A DNA stretch of 64,000 bases from Macrostomum lignano (GCA_002269645.1 NIVC01000890.1:124001-188000); one strand, 5' to 3'. Shown: positions 10,696 through 23,513, counted from the stretch's first letter. Notes: generated by a model not told the origin, from the letters alone. Numbers and translations: made by a program.

Positions 10696-10898
10696 CCCCA
10701 GAACATTGGAGCCACCACTGCATACATTTAGCCTCCCAGATCAACAACAGGTCTGAAATGCATGTCTCGAAAAACCCTGGCCTTAAATGTACAAACATTG
10801 AAATTTTGAATAACTCTATACCATGTTATAACTACAGCAGTTATGAAATATGCAAGATTTGCTTTTTAATACTACTAGTGTAGTGATCCGCTAGTTGA

Positions 10899-11799
10899 TG
10901 TTAGGCGTCCCACTTTGTCAGCAGTCTCCCTCGCCCTCGCCCTGGGTTGCTGTCTGCCGCTGGTCAGCTTCCCACCCCCCTTGGCCCGTCTGTTGCTGCC
11001 CTTGGCCTGTTCTGCCCTTCTGCGTCTCTGTTCCCAGCCCTCAGCTTCTCTGCTGTGGGCTGTCTCTGTTTCGTTCCCGTCCCGTTTTCCTCTGTCATGT
11101 GAGCAAGTCACATGACAGACTCTGCGTTCTTCGAGTCCTAAAGTGCAGTAAACATGTTTACTGCACTCGTTGGCCCTGTTTACCGGGAGAATCACGTGCT
11201 TTCGGAACCCTCCCTTCTCTAAGGAGAGGCGTGACTCATGTTGCTAAAAATAGCAACTGAGTCACAGCCGCGTGTACTCTGGCCGGAGACCTCAAGTGAC
11301 TAAAAGTTGTCAGTTCTAAAAATAGAAAAAGTCACGAGGTCTTGTGCGTGGGTGTTTCCCGGCTATAAATAGGACCCCTCTCCCCTTGTTTCCGTCAAGG
11401 AAAGGCTTCTTATCTGCGGAGAATTCACTAAGATCCCGTGTGCGTACTGAATCCGTTTGTACTGGTCTGACTGAGACCCCACTAAAGCCCAAGCCTAAGG
11501 GAGGCTAACACTGCCTTCCCAGCCACCCCTGAGCCCGGCGGGGATCTGCTGATCAGGACGCCTTGTTCATTAATCTGCAAATCTGCACGCTGTGCTGAGT
11601 TCGTTGACTTGTTTATTTCGTTCCGACGGGAAGCTCACCTCATCGAAGGCCGAGACCTGAAGGAACTGGTGGCAGCACTACCTACGCTACTGAGAGTTGA
11701 GAGAACTTCCCACTGAAGAGGCTCGAGTCTTAAGGTAATCTTAAGTGCCTAAACCGGGAAGAAAACACCATTCCATTTCACTGGTGGCAGCGGTGGGAT
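10899..11799 (+). mobile_element. LTR retrotransposon remnant: 5' LTR ending ...TTTCA (11780) plus tRNA-Leu primer-binding site; internal genes absent
   Basis: TGGTGGCAGCGGTGGGAT at 11782-99 is complementary to the 3' end of eukaryotic tRNA-Leu and lies one base after a CA terminus. TATAAATA at 11364-71. The LTR left edge is uncertain (TGTTAG 10899 or TGAAATG 10754). Confidence 0.65.
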
Positions 11800-11887
11800 T
11801 CAAAGACCTACCAGGCCACCTCGAGAAAACCCCAAGTACTTCACTAGCATGTCTATAAAGAATCAATTATTAATCACATTTTATCCT

Positions 11888-12083
11888 CAGTAGACACTAA
11901 GACAGACACTAAGACAGACAGGCATTAAGACAGACAGACAGAAAGACAGACAGACACACAGATATACAGACAGACAGACAGACAGACAGACACTAAGACA
12001 GACGGGCATTAAGACAGACAGACCGACAGACAGACAGACAGGCAGGCATGAGGACAGACAGACAGACAGACAGACAGGCATTA

Positions 12084-12144
<61 letters not shown>

Positions 12145-12195
12145 GGCATTAAGACAGACATTAAGACAGACAGACAGACAGACAGACAGGCATTA

Positions 12196-12232
<37 letters not shown>

Positions 12233-12275
12233 GGCATTAAGACAGACAGACAGACAGACAGACAGACAGGCATTA

Positions 12276-12308
<33 letters not shown>

Positions 12309-12309
12309 G
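11888..12309. repeat. (GACA)n microsatellite with GGCATTAA/CACTAA interruptions
   Basis: Direct reading. Confidence 0.95.
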
Positions 12310-13130
12310 TCAATTCCGCTGGTGCCAACTAACACACTTTGTGAACTAAAATAACAAAAGCAAATATTTGAAAATAGAAAATATAATGATTCAAATTGAG
12401 TAGTATATATCAACAGGATTAGTTTTTTGTATTTTGTTTGCAAATTCTCTCAATAAGAATAATTATGAACGAGTCTCAACACCACTATAAAATTCACCTG
12501 TGCAAAAGTGATTATTTAATAATTTTAATCAGTAATATGTATGTAAATATATATATATATATATATCAAGCTGCCACAGAAGGCAGCCTATAGACTTTCT
12601 CGTCCGAAACACACTACTAGCTAACAGTAGCGCGAAAAGCGGATAAAGCAAACGACAGTTGACAAGCAGATCATCTAGGGAAGTTATAAAATAGGGCACA
12701 ACAAACAATTATACTACTCACAAAGCAGCCTCTCATCAGTAGCAGCATAACTAGAACTAGTTATAGCATAAGTACAATAAATAAACGGTGAGACTATAAA
12801 TTAAGTGTATGAATAAGAAGGCATATCAAGTACACTAGAGGGATATAAGAAATGTAAGCTTTGTAAAATTATTGGTTTTCAAAAAACAAACAAAACAATC
12901 GGGCATGCGAGAGGCTATCAGTTCTAACAAAATAGTGTGATTTGTTGGGAAAAAAGCCTCTAATGTCTGTTTTGGCGCCCCTAACAACCGTTTAGCGCCA
13001 CTTCTGTCAATAAAGTGTAGCACACATCCTAATCAGAGCCTCCTAGGGAAGTCCAACAGTCCTCATTTATTGCGGGCAAATCTTTCCCTAATCAACTAAT
13101 ACAGTTACATCATAGCCTGGATAGAAAATA

Positions 13131-13993
13131 TAGCATTTTGCGTTGCACTCAAGCTTACGGGCAAATCACTTGATCCAAGATTACACTGGCGAGAGCAGCT
13201 GCCGATCAAGTCTATGGCCCAAACCATTGGCTAGCGGGCAAGTTACTTAAGCCTTGGGGCACTGACTCAATCCATTCATACTCTATCAAAGCAAACTAAA
13301 ATCTAAGGCTTGCAGCAACATGAGCTTGGAAGATGAGGCCAGCAAACGCTAGCTATGAAACTGCACCAGATGGAATTGGTGGCGGATAACAACGTAGACC
13401 ATAGTCAAGGATGAGCGATGAAAAGCACAGCCTCGTCACCGACGCCCCAGACAGGAGTGAGTGGCCGGTCGACGTTGCGCGATGGTTCCAGGTCAACTTT
13501 AAGACTATTTTGTCAATCCGAAGGCGATATGAAGTTACTGGACGCCGTCATCGATTCCCCCCAAGGCCAAGGCATTGGCCGAGTTCCAAAACTTGCAGTT
13601 GCCAATGTGCAGCACCTCGTTGACAAAATCAATGCTAACCTGCTTCTGTGTTGCAGCTGCTGTTGTTTATTTTCCCATTTTTTATGGCCAACCAACCACC
13701 TGCCTATGTTCCCTCATTTGCTCATACTTTGCTCATTTGCTCATATGTTGCTCATATTAACCGATTAAAATTATACCCTTGCCACAACACCACCTATTGG
13801 GCAGCCAATTGAAAGCTTTTCAAACTGCAATAGAGCATGAATGGATCAAGTCTGTGCCCCAAGACTAAAGTAAATTGCCCACTAGCCACCAGTTGAGACC
13901 ATAGAATTGATCGGCAGCTGCCCTCGCCAGTGTAATTCTGCCACTTAGGATCAAGTGATTTGCCCGTAAGCTCAAGTGCAACGCAAAATGCTA
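13131..13993 (+). mobile_element. Tc1/mariner-derived remnant: about 160-bp inverted repeats flanking a transposase N-terminal HTH fragment
   Basis: 13131-13287 is an imperfect reverse complement of 13829-13993. 13411-13600 reads DVARWFQVNFKTILSIRRRYEVTG, like a Tc1 paired-type HTH. Confidence 0.6.
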
Positions 13994-14628
13994 CACTCAG
14001 CAACATTGAAAAGTATCCACGTACTGCACAAAAGGCTACACTAGCTGAACGATTAGGGATTGAAAGGGTTTTAACTATGTTTGAGCCATAGACCATCAAA
14101 ATAAGGCAACAAAGAATGAGCAGCGAAACAAGTCCATGCCCATTTCCACGCTGTGTACATGTTTAAAGCACAGAACAGGTATTGCAACCACCAGCGTCCA
14201 ACAGACCGCTCACTCGTGGTGGCATTCCCGAGCAAGGCCTTGTGGAAGCTGTTGCCACGCGACTTAAAGCGCATTGCGCAGCTGGACCATGTTCTGAGGG
14301 GATAGAAATTGTTGCACCGAATCGTGCGCTTTAGGAAATCCCACACGTGCTCAATCGGGTTCATATCCGGTGATCTGGACGGCCAACGCAGAGTGCGCCA
14401 ATCAGTCATTTAGCGGGCTATCGCTGTCACCTGCGTCCAGATGCCTCCAGTAAACCCCTGTACACTCGTTACTGTAACGCTTTTCCCTGTGACACCAGAT
14501 ATCGGTCTTTACTTTCCTGCCCTTTTTTGCTCATTTGTCTATGGCCCAAAACCAATTGGCGAAACCATCGATCGTGCTGCCCATGTACCCTTGGCGCAAG
14601 GGTGGACACATTTAAATGTTGCTGAGTG
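13994..14628 (-). mobile_element. Internally deleted Tc1/mariner DNA transposon
   Basis: 27-bp TIRs CACTCAGCAACATT.AAA.GT.TCCAC (3 mismatches), TA on both flanks (13992-93, 14629-30). The minus strand encodes WPSRSPDMNPIEHVWDFLKR (Tc1 C-terminal motif). Confidence 0.88.
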
Positions 14629-15709
14629 TAGATTACTTGAATATGATTTACTATTTATGAGTACATAGGTTATATGTGCTATATATGGTCATATATAAGC
14701 AGGCTGGGGCGGTAACTAAAAAGTAATGTACACACATAAGAAAATAAATATCGTAGGTGAGCTTCCAGAAAATTCATAGATAGGGGAGCAGTCATACAGA
14801 GACTTACGTAACCGGGTAGTGATTCCATATTTGTATTGAAATTGAAAGTGACCAAGCAGTATTAAACGTTGAAAAACCTTGCTGTGGTTATTAATATAGT
14901 TGAAAAATGAAAACTAACGTTTGCTAATTGATTTTTTTTACCCTAAATTACTACTAAAACGAAACTATATAAAAATATACGAGTACTAAACGACGCTCTC
15001 AAACCGCAATTTAAGAAAGGGCGAAGCGACCTTAATTTTAAACAAAATCGAAAAAAACACGCGCTTAACAATCGACTGAAACAAAAACTTGTAATAAATC
15101 TCGGACTTGATATGCGATTGGGAATAATAAGCTGGTCTAAAAAAGCTTGAATAAGCAGCAGGTCTGCAACTCGAGATGGAGGTGTAGAAAGTGGGAATTT
15201 TTATGCAATTTGGGATTTGAATGGGGATTTTTGGGAATTAAAAATGAGGCTTTTTCGGATTATAAATGGGGATTTTTTAACTTTAAATGAGGATTTTCGC
15301 AATTTAAAATGGGGATTTTTGGGATTACTAGTATGAATTTTTTGGATTTCAAATAGGGATTTTGGGATTATAAATGGGGATTTTGAGAATTTTAAATAGG
15401 GATTTTTAGGATTACAAATGTTGGATTATTGAGGATTGATAAATGGGAATATCTGGAATTTCAAAAAGGGATTAGCCATCCAGACATCTGGACTATAAAA
15501 TTCTCCATAAGCGAAACATTAAGTGCAATTAGGCAAGTGTTAGATAGAGGCAGTTCCAATTCAATAAATATTTTAATGGTCTAAAGTTCATATATTATTA
15601 ATGTCAATTATTAGTACTGAATCTAGACAACATAGAGGTGATTGCGTCTCGAGCTAGAGCCGATGGAGCAGCCCAGACTCAACGCGGCCTCTATACTGTG
15701 AATTCTGAA

Positions 15710-16081
15710 TTAATTGTTAGCCAGAGAGCCCAGATGAGGCTCAGTGAACTCGCTGATGGTGCCCCAAACCAGCTGGCGCCACTCCGACACGCCGAGATCC
15801 TGACTCTCCCATTCGTCTGAGTAGGGGACAGCGTCCGGCTCGTCATCCGGGTCGTGATAGGCGGCTAGGTAGGGGTGCTCAAGGGCCTCGGCTGCCGATA
15901 CTCGCTTAGTGGGATCCAGAGTGAGCATCCGCTCCAGCAGGTCCAGCGCTGTCGGACTGGCGCCCGGGCAGACCCTGGCCAAGGGACACTGGGTGATGTT
16001 GCCCCGCTGGTTGTTCAGGAAGGTGATGGCGTCGCTGGACTCGATCTTCTTAAGGAAGTCGTCCTCTGGGAAGCCGGTCAC
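15710..16081 (-). CDS. MAPK14: p38 MAPK exon 4
   Basis: CAG|VTGFPED...[14 protein letters not shown]...LANN*. Confidence 0.93.
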   Translation of the reverse strand: MTGFPEDDFLKKIESSDAITFLNNQRGNITQCPLARVCPGASPTALDLLERMLTLDPTKRVSAAEALEHPYLAAYHDPDDEPDAVPYSDEWESQDLGVSEWRQLVWGTISEFTEPHLGSLANN

Positions 16082-16161
16082 CTGCGGTTTCGGTTTGGGG
16101 TTTCGTCCGTTTGTCTGTCTAGCAATCAATCAACCATTTAATAAATATTAATTATTAATGC

Positions 16162-16217
<56 letters not shown>

Positions 16218-18413
16218 GTCTGTCTATCTATGTATCTATCTATCTATCTATCTATGTATGTTTGTATCTATCTATCTATCAATCTATCTGTCCATTCATT
16301 TGTCCATCTACCCAGCACTCCGCAAGCCACTCACAGACAGGATCTTCATCAGCTGGTCAATGTGGTCCATGCCGGGGAACAGCGGCTGCCTGTTGATGAG
16401 CTCCACCATGATGCAGCCCACGGACCAGATGTCCACCACCCTGTCATATTTCATCCACTGCAGCATGATCTCGGGAGCTCTGTACCACCTGGTGGCAACG
16501 TAGCCGGTCATTTCGTCGTCCCGTTGACGGGCGAGGCCCAGGTCGAGTATGCGCAGCTCGCAGTCCTCGTTCACGGCGATGTTGGACGGCTTGAGATCCC
16601 TGCGATTGAGATGGGGAGAGAAATGTAGGTATGACAGATTGACTGTGAGTGAAATAAGTCTGGGGATTTGGGATAAGATTTTCTATGACCTGGGATTATA
16701 GCTATTTTGGGATCTGGGATTATAGCTATGGGTTCTGGCTTCTGGGATTATAGCTGTGGGATCTGGGATTATAGCTAGTGTGGGATCTGGGATTATAGCT
16801 AGTGTGGGATCTGGGATTATAGCTAGTGTGGGATCTGGGATTATAGCTAGTGTGGGATCTGGGATTATAGCTAGTGTGGGATCTGGGATTATAGCTAGTG
16901 TGGGATCTGGGATTATAGCTAGTGTAGGATCTGGGATTATAGCTAGTGTGGGATCTGGGATTATAGCTAGTGTGGGATCTGGGATTATAGCTAGTGTGGG
17001 ATCTGGGATTATAGCTAGTGTGGGATCTGGGAATATAGCTTAGCTAAAGTGGGATCTTGGTGTTCGCTTTTGTGGGATCTGAGCTTTTCTAAGAATAACA
17101 AATTTGTAAATTATAAACATTAGCAACCATAGACCAGCAGTGGTCACCTGTGAATAATATTAGCACTGTGCAGATATTTGAGTCCGCGCAGAATCTGATA
17201 GATTAGAAACTGAACGTGCTCATCAGACAGGGTCTGGGTGCGCACGATGGCGTTGAGGTCGGCGCCCATCAGCGGGGTGACCATGTACACGTCTTCGAAT
17301 GTCTCCAGGCTGTTGTTTGGCGAGAACAGGTCGATCAAGATGATGATCTGATATAGTGGGAGACGGATATAGTTGGTGTAAACTTTGGTAATGCAAGCGA
17401 ACAAGGTAATAATCGGAGGGGAAGAGAAGGGGTGACAGTGAGTGACAGAGGAGAAGATAGGGTGACAGAGGGGAAGATAGGGTGACAGGGAAGAGGGGTG
17501 GCAGAGGGGAAGAGGGTGACAAGAGAAGAGGGGTGGCAGAGGGGAAGAGGGGTGGCAGAGGGGAAGAGGGGTGGCAGAGGGGAAGAGGGGTGGCAGAGGG
17601 GAAGAGGGGTGGCAGAGGGGAAGAGGGGTGGCAGAGGGGAAGAGGGGTGGCAGAGGGGAAGAGGGGTGGCAGAGGGGAAGAGGGGTGACAGGGGGGAAGA
17701 GGGGTGACAAGAGAAGAGGGGTGGCAGAGGGGAAGAGGGGTGGCAGAGGGGAAGAGGGGTGGCAGAGGGGAAGAGGGGTGGCAGAGGGGAAGAGGGGTGG
17801 CAGAGGGGAAGAGGGGTGACAGGGGGGAAGAGGGGTGACAAGAGAAGAGGGTGACAAGAGAAGAGGGGTGGCAGAGGGGAAGAGGGGTGGCAGAGGGGAA
17901 GAGGGGTGGCAGAGGGGAAGAGGGTGACAAGAGAAGAGGGGTGGCAGAGGGGAAGAGGGGTGGCAGAGGGGAAGAGGGTGACAAGAGAAGAGGGGTGGCA
18001 GAGGGGAAGAGGGGTGGCAGAGGGGAAGAGGGTGACAAGAGAAGAGGGGTGACATAGCTGAAGCCATTGGAAGTAAAGCTGCACTAGACTAACAGACATA
18101 ATTGAGATAAATGAGATTAGGAACTAAAATATACTATTTACCTAGCAAAGCAGTCAATAATTAAACTCACATTGTCATGATCCATATGCCTGAGCATTTT
18201 AATTTCGCGATAAGTCCGTTTCGCATGAATTTCAGTCTGGAATGGTCTGGCCAACTTTTTAATGGCCACCTTGTGATTGAGCTGATTGTCCCAGGCTGAG
18301 CAGACGCTGCCATAGGCTCCGTGACCAACAGGCTGCAGGTCCCTATACCTGGTTGGCACATTCCATGAGGTACCGCCAAACTCTACTACATAAAATTCAG
18401 TTTGCTTTTGCAT
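15710..18413 (-). CDS. MAPK14: p38 MAP kinase, complete gene, 359 aa: join(complement 18413-18171, 17347-17148, 16599-16335, 16081-15710)
   Basis: [25 protein letters not shown] activation motif, APE, C-terminal CD motif [12 protein letters not shown] introns in phases 0, 2, 0; 1080 nt in frame. The symbol denotes the p38 family (MAPK11-14 co-ortholog). Confidence 0.95.
16162..16290. repeat. (TATC)n microsatellite, p38 intron 3
   Basis: Direct reading. Confidence 0.95.
16335..16599 (-). CDS. MAPK14: p38 MAPK exon 3
   Basis: CAG|DLKPSN...DLGLAR...TGY...KILS|GTGAGT. Confidence 0.95.
16690..17050. repeat. 24-bp minisatellite (GTGGGATCTGGGATTATAGCTAGT)n, p38 intron 2
   Basis: About 12 near-perfect units plus a decayed left edge. 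Confidence 0.95.
17148..17347 (-). CDS. MAPK14: p38 MAPK exon 2
   Basis: CAG|IIILIDLF...ANIIHR|GTGACC. Confidence 0.93.
17425..18053. repeat. 19-bp purine-rich minisatellite (GGCAGAGGGGAAGAGGGGT)n, p38 intron 1
   Basis: About 30 units; source of the long minus-strand SPLPPLF ORFs. Confidence 0.95.
18171..18413 (-). CDS. MAPK14: p38 MAPK exon 1
   Basis: MQKQTEFY...RHMDHDN|GTGAGT. Confidence 0.92.
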
Positions 18414-18991
18414 GGCTCTGTCTCAATGTGGCTGCATAAAATAGAACATAAGAATGTGTTCAATGTTGATACTATGTACTTGTGATGTTGATATAGCCCC
18501 GTTCCTCTGAAAATGTTTTATATACTACTGAAAAATGTGAAGGCTTGTGTGCATATTGTACAGTGTAGACTAGGGGCACTAACCTCTTTCCAATGCAGCC
18601 CACTGAGTCATTTTTAGTCTTTTTAGCACACATAAATACAAAAAACTCATTTTTAGTATATAGGATAACTGTATATGGCATTCAAGCCTATGAAAGACTC
18701 TTCTATGAGTAATAGAAGGCAGAGTCTGCTTATTATGCACTTTTTGTTGCCTATGTATCTCAGCTTATGTCTAATGCAACCTGCTGCTAACAATGGGTTG
18801 GGACCCCTAGTAGAGACAATGGGGTCTAAATTTGATTACTAATGTTCCATTGTAATAGGGTCTTTTTTACTATATGCAGTCATGTATGCAAATGCAAAAC
18901 TAAATAGCTTTTAATTTTGCATAATAAACATAGTTTTTTTAATTTAATACTATTATCAAAAAGTTGCATTTATTTTGATTTTTGTATTGGT

Positions 18992-19590
18992 TAGTGTTCC
19001 ACTGTAGCCGTAGCTACGGCTATGGGATCCTATGGCAAATATGGTAAAATAGGTGCCTATGGTAGCTAGCTGCTCTTATAGCTACAACTATGGAAAGATG
19101 GTAATTGCTGTCACATTCCATAGATTCCTGCAGCTGTAGTTATTAATTTAAAAAAATAGAAAAAAAATAGAAACAGGTAGAGTAAACTGTATTATCAACT
19201 TAGAACTTATAGAATATACCAAATAAAGTACAATAAAGCACTAGCAACTCTAATTTTTATTAATGTAAAAATTTTTTAGCATTAGTACTTTCAGTAGCAA
19301 TTAAGTATTGTTGTTCTATAAAAAGACAAAATATAATCTTACAGATGCAATTAAGTGTTTTTTTATTTTCTAACTTAATTTGCAGTTGTTTAAGCACCAG
19401 GTTATCTTCTTGGTTTAAAATATTTTGTTTTCTAGACTTTTTGTTAAAACTATGGCTAAGGCTATGAGAACTACAAGAATATGATAATATTGGGGTCTCT
19501 ACGGCTATGGAATATGGAGAATCGGAATAACCCATAGTTTTGCTTATGGCTATAGCTATGGTACATGGACCTTTTTATAGCAGAACACTA
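18992..19590. mobile_element. hAT-type MITE
   Basis: TIR TAGTGTTC.../...GAACACTA, exact 8-bp TSD GTATTGGT (18984-91, 19591-98), many subterminal CTATGG motifs. Confidence 0.85.
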
Positions 19591-21254
19591 GTATTGGTCT
19601 ACACCACAGATACTAAAATAACTAGATGGGCTACCTAAGAATATATATTTAGTAAAATAGCTTTCTAGTTTTAACTCAATAGTAAAGAAAAATATGTAAG
19701 CTGAAAAGAAACAAACAAACAAACTTAGCAAAGTATTTACTAATACAACAATATAAAAATAATTGATAACCTTAATATTGTTTTTATATTATAATAAATA
19801 GCAACTAAAAAAATATAAAATTAAGCAATAACTGATTAGGTAATTAGACTGTTTAGCAATAAAAATAAAAGTAATTAAAGTTGATATTTATTAAAACTAA
19901 TTGTCTAATGTCTTTGGATTTGAATTTTTTTCTGCAAAAGAAATAAAACTTAAAATAAAAAATATATTAAAAAAACATTCCATGTCATATTGTTCATTTT
20001 TTGCAAATCACAGTTTTGAAAGGAAGTTATATAAAGTAAAGTTACTAAACTTTAAGACCTCTGAGGCATTGAACATTTTTGGCAATCATTGTTTAAGTGT
20101 AATCATTAGTTGGTTTTTTTTAAAATGCAAATGCATGGCCCTATGGACTTGACTATGGTAAAGTATTCTCAAGAGCATTCTCAAGAATACAAATGTAACA
20201 TCATTTAGTATTAGTAATTAGAATTAACTAGATTAGTTATATAAGAATTATGTTTAATTCAACATTAATTACTTTCTACTAAGTTTTAAGTTTTGCAATT
20301 TCGCTTGAATTTTGCTTAAAGAGTAGACTAGTTACTTACTTAGATCAATAATTAGATGCCAAAGCATTTTTGTCATTTAAAAGTGTCATAGTTACTCCTA
20401 TAGTCTGGATCATGCTGGGTGCATGCCTAAACAATGTTAATATATTTTAATTAAAAAGGTTGTCAATATACTAGCAAACAAAAAGTGCTAATAAAAAGAA
20501 ATTATAAGCTAATTTTCTGTCTGTGAAAATATTGTCTCTTTATCTTGCAACAAATTATGCCATTTTTTATTTTGCAGCACACATTGCATTGTGATAGATT
20601 TTTTGGAATTCTTGAACTTTAAGTACATAAAATACTTCTAATTTTCTGATTTTTCTGAACCTTTTGCCAGAGTATTAGAGGCTGTCCAAAATGATATTAA
20701 AGTAAAAAAAAACTGCAAAAATTTACTTTTAGAGTTAACAAGAGCTAGATTAGTTAATCCCCATGTAATTAATTATAATTTGATGCAAGCAGTTTTGGAG
20801 AATTGTATGTTTGAAAATTAAACTTTTTTAGAATCATAACTTTGGAATGCAAATATTTTCTACAATTTAATAAATTTATTATAAAAGAACATTTACACAG
20901 TTAGAATTTTAACTTCAAAAAAGAGTGTCTATCCCAATTTTATTCATTCAGTTTGTTATAATGAGTGCAGCAAGAGTGCTATGTCTGATTAGTGTTGTTA
21001 AAAAATGCTTATCCATAGTTTGCCACCGCCCCTCACTTCCCGCTTTTGATTTGCTATTGTTCTTTCATGAGTCTGACTAGCTGTACATTTTTATAGTTTA
21101 CCTATACTCATTTCTACCAATTTACATTGTCTTTTCCATGCTAAAGGTAATTACAGCTGCTGAAATCGATTAGTTTATTAGGATTATAATTTTTCTCCAT
21201 GGAGATGTTCAATAACTAGCTGAATTTTTAATTTAAGCTTTATTACAATTCTTT

Positions 21255-21765
21255 TCTAGACCCCCTTAGTCTCTAAATTTATCTAATTAATCTATAATAT
21301 ACCTCCATGCCTTTATTAAAGTTTAGGTACAGTAAATAAAATCAATTCTTATGAAGAATCTCCCCACCCTAAAACCCCTCATTCCCCATGCCTTGGTGGT
21401 TAGTAGTAGTCTGCCAGCCTCCCTGTTAGACCCCTCCTTGGGTTTGGAATTTATCTACCTAATCTTCAATAGACCCCCTGCCTTTATTGCAGTTTAGGTA
21501 CATAAAATCTATCCTCATAAAGATTCTTCCCACCTTAAAACCCCTATTCCTCATATCCTGGTTGTTGGTGGTTGTTAGCCGTCCCTTTGCCCCTACCCCT
21601 GTCTTCTAAGACTAACCCTTTCCCTTTGGCTTAGCTTTCAAATTTATCCAACTAATCTTTAATAGACCTCCATGCCTTTATTGAAGTTTAGGTATGTAAA
21701 ATAATTCCCCATGAAGATTCTTTCCACCCTAAAACCCCTCATTCTCCATGCCCTGGTGGTTGGCT
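21255..21765. repeat. Three diverged tandem copies of a 170-195-bp unit
   Basis: Recurrent AATTTATC..ACC(T)CCATGCCTTTATT..AGTTTAGGTA..CCACCCTAAAACCCC block near 21275, 21447 and 21640. Confidence 0.8.
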
Positions 21766-22004
21766 TTAAGCTACAAAAAATGAAGCTCAAATTTGAAATC
21801 AGCACCATTAAAAACCCCTATAGAGACAAAATTATAATCCTATTAAAACTGCAACTATTTTACTTGCCTAAAGTTCAAGAAGTCTAATTTTCCTCCTTGC
21901 TTGCTTGCTAGGCCTATTGCATTGGAAGAATGCACTGATATAGTACATGTCTAACCTTCTTCTTTTTTGTACTAGAATTTTTTGTGAAAAAGGCTATTTT
22001 CCTG

Positions 22005-22250
22005 CCCTATTGCAGCCAAGGTCTGAACCGCGCTGGACGCCCCCCTTTCCCGCGCCAGACATCTACCCGTACCGCGCCAGGGCCAGTCCCCAGGATCAGT
22101 GATTTGGTTCAATTTTCCCATGCCCCGCGCCACGCCGCCACACGACACGCCACTGCGCGCCGCCGCCACGCGCCGCGCCGCTGCCGCGCCGCCGCCAGGC
22201 CAATCCGCGCCGGACGCCGTCCACGAAAATGGCCATTGGCTGCAATAGGG
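22005..22250. mobile_element. GC-rich MITE with CCCTAT termini and 8-bp TSD (superfamily unassigned)
   Basis: Perfect 15-bp TIR CCCTATTGCAGCCAA; exact TSD TTTTCCTG at 21997-22004 and 22251-58. Confidence 0.88.
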
Positions 22251-23513
22251 TTTTCCTGACTATGGCCTATAATTAGTCAATTAGATAATCAATAGAAGTT
22301 TATAGGCTAGCATGCATAGATTTAGTTTGAAGATAATAATATAGGAGCCTAAATAAACAGGAAGCAATATTCTAGTTTCCCACTTTAAATTATTTTTAGA
22401 ATATAAAAACTTAAAATATATCATAGTTATAGTCATAATTAACTTAGTGCAATAAAAGTGTTGTAGGGGTTTGCTTCCCTCTTTTAGCTATTCTACTAAT
22501 GCCACCAAGTTGTAATGGGCTAAAGCTTCATCTATTAAAAATCCTACTGAGGTCACTGAATTTGTAACAGGGCTTAAATTTTGTATTTATAAATGATTTT
22601 ACAATGCCACCAAGTTGTACTAAGGGTTATTCCTGTCTTTATAAATGAATTGTCCTAAAGCTGTTACTGAGTTGTACTAGGGCTATACTTGTTTCTATAT
22701 TAAATGTCTTAATGTTGGTAGCTGCTATACATGCGCAACTGCTGGCCGACCTGGCCGATCTGGCTACCATAAATTATGGTAGACCAGAGATAAGTTGCAA
22801 AAATGCCACCCCAAAGAATATAGATATAGTACTAATTAGATTCTGAGGCATTTAGGTGTGACAAGACTGTCATAGTTACTCCTGCCGTTTATCCAAGTTA
22901 ATTTTGCTTTAGTGTTTTTTGCCACAGGTAAGTCATATTTTTGGTCAAAAAGTAAGTTGCATGGCCAATATAAATCAAGGGGGTTGCGCATGTATGGTAG
23001 CTGCCACTAAGACTATTTTATTAATAAATTAAGAGTTTATTAATCTTAGAATAAGTCTGAGAAATGTTTCTTAGAATTAATCTTGAGTATATATATACAT
23101 ATATATATATATCTGAGTAGTTGTCTGAGTATTATTGTTAGTATACGAGTTGCATTCTATTGTAATTATAATAGCGTTCTACTATTATTCTGGCCTGAGT
23201 GGTGTATTGGCTTATTGGTACACATATTGCATATACTTCCAATCCTAGGTATTACCGAGATCAGAGGGTTATAGCCTTCGGTTATTCTTTTATGTATTGA
23301 TTTAGGATTTATTTTTGTAGTCTCTTACTACTTCCACTTCTCAATAATATATACTATGTGTTCTCTGCCACTTCACTTCTCTTTTGAAAATGAATAACTT
23401 AGAAAACAATCTTCAATAATATTTATTCAAAACTCTTACTATTTGATACTGGCTTTCTTTTTTAAAGAACCGTGATGCATGAGATTGGTCTCTCTTCTGG
23501 CAAAAATGCTTCT

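Noticed and set aside
10899-11510. Solo LTR bounded by TGTTAG...CTAACA
   Set aside because: No TSD on its flanks, and the PBS lies 270 bp further right after a second CA end.
17144-18099. Minus-strand ORFs of 254-307 aa upstream of p38 exon 2
   Set aside because: Intron 1 repeat read in frame; the real exon starts at the CAG acceptor at 17347.
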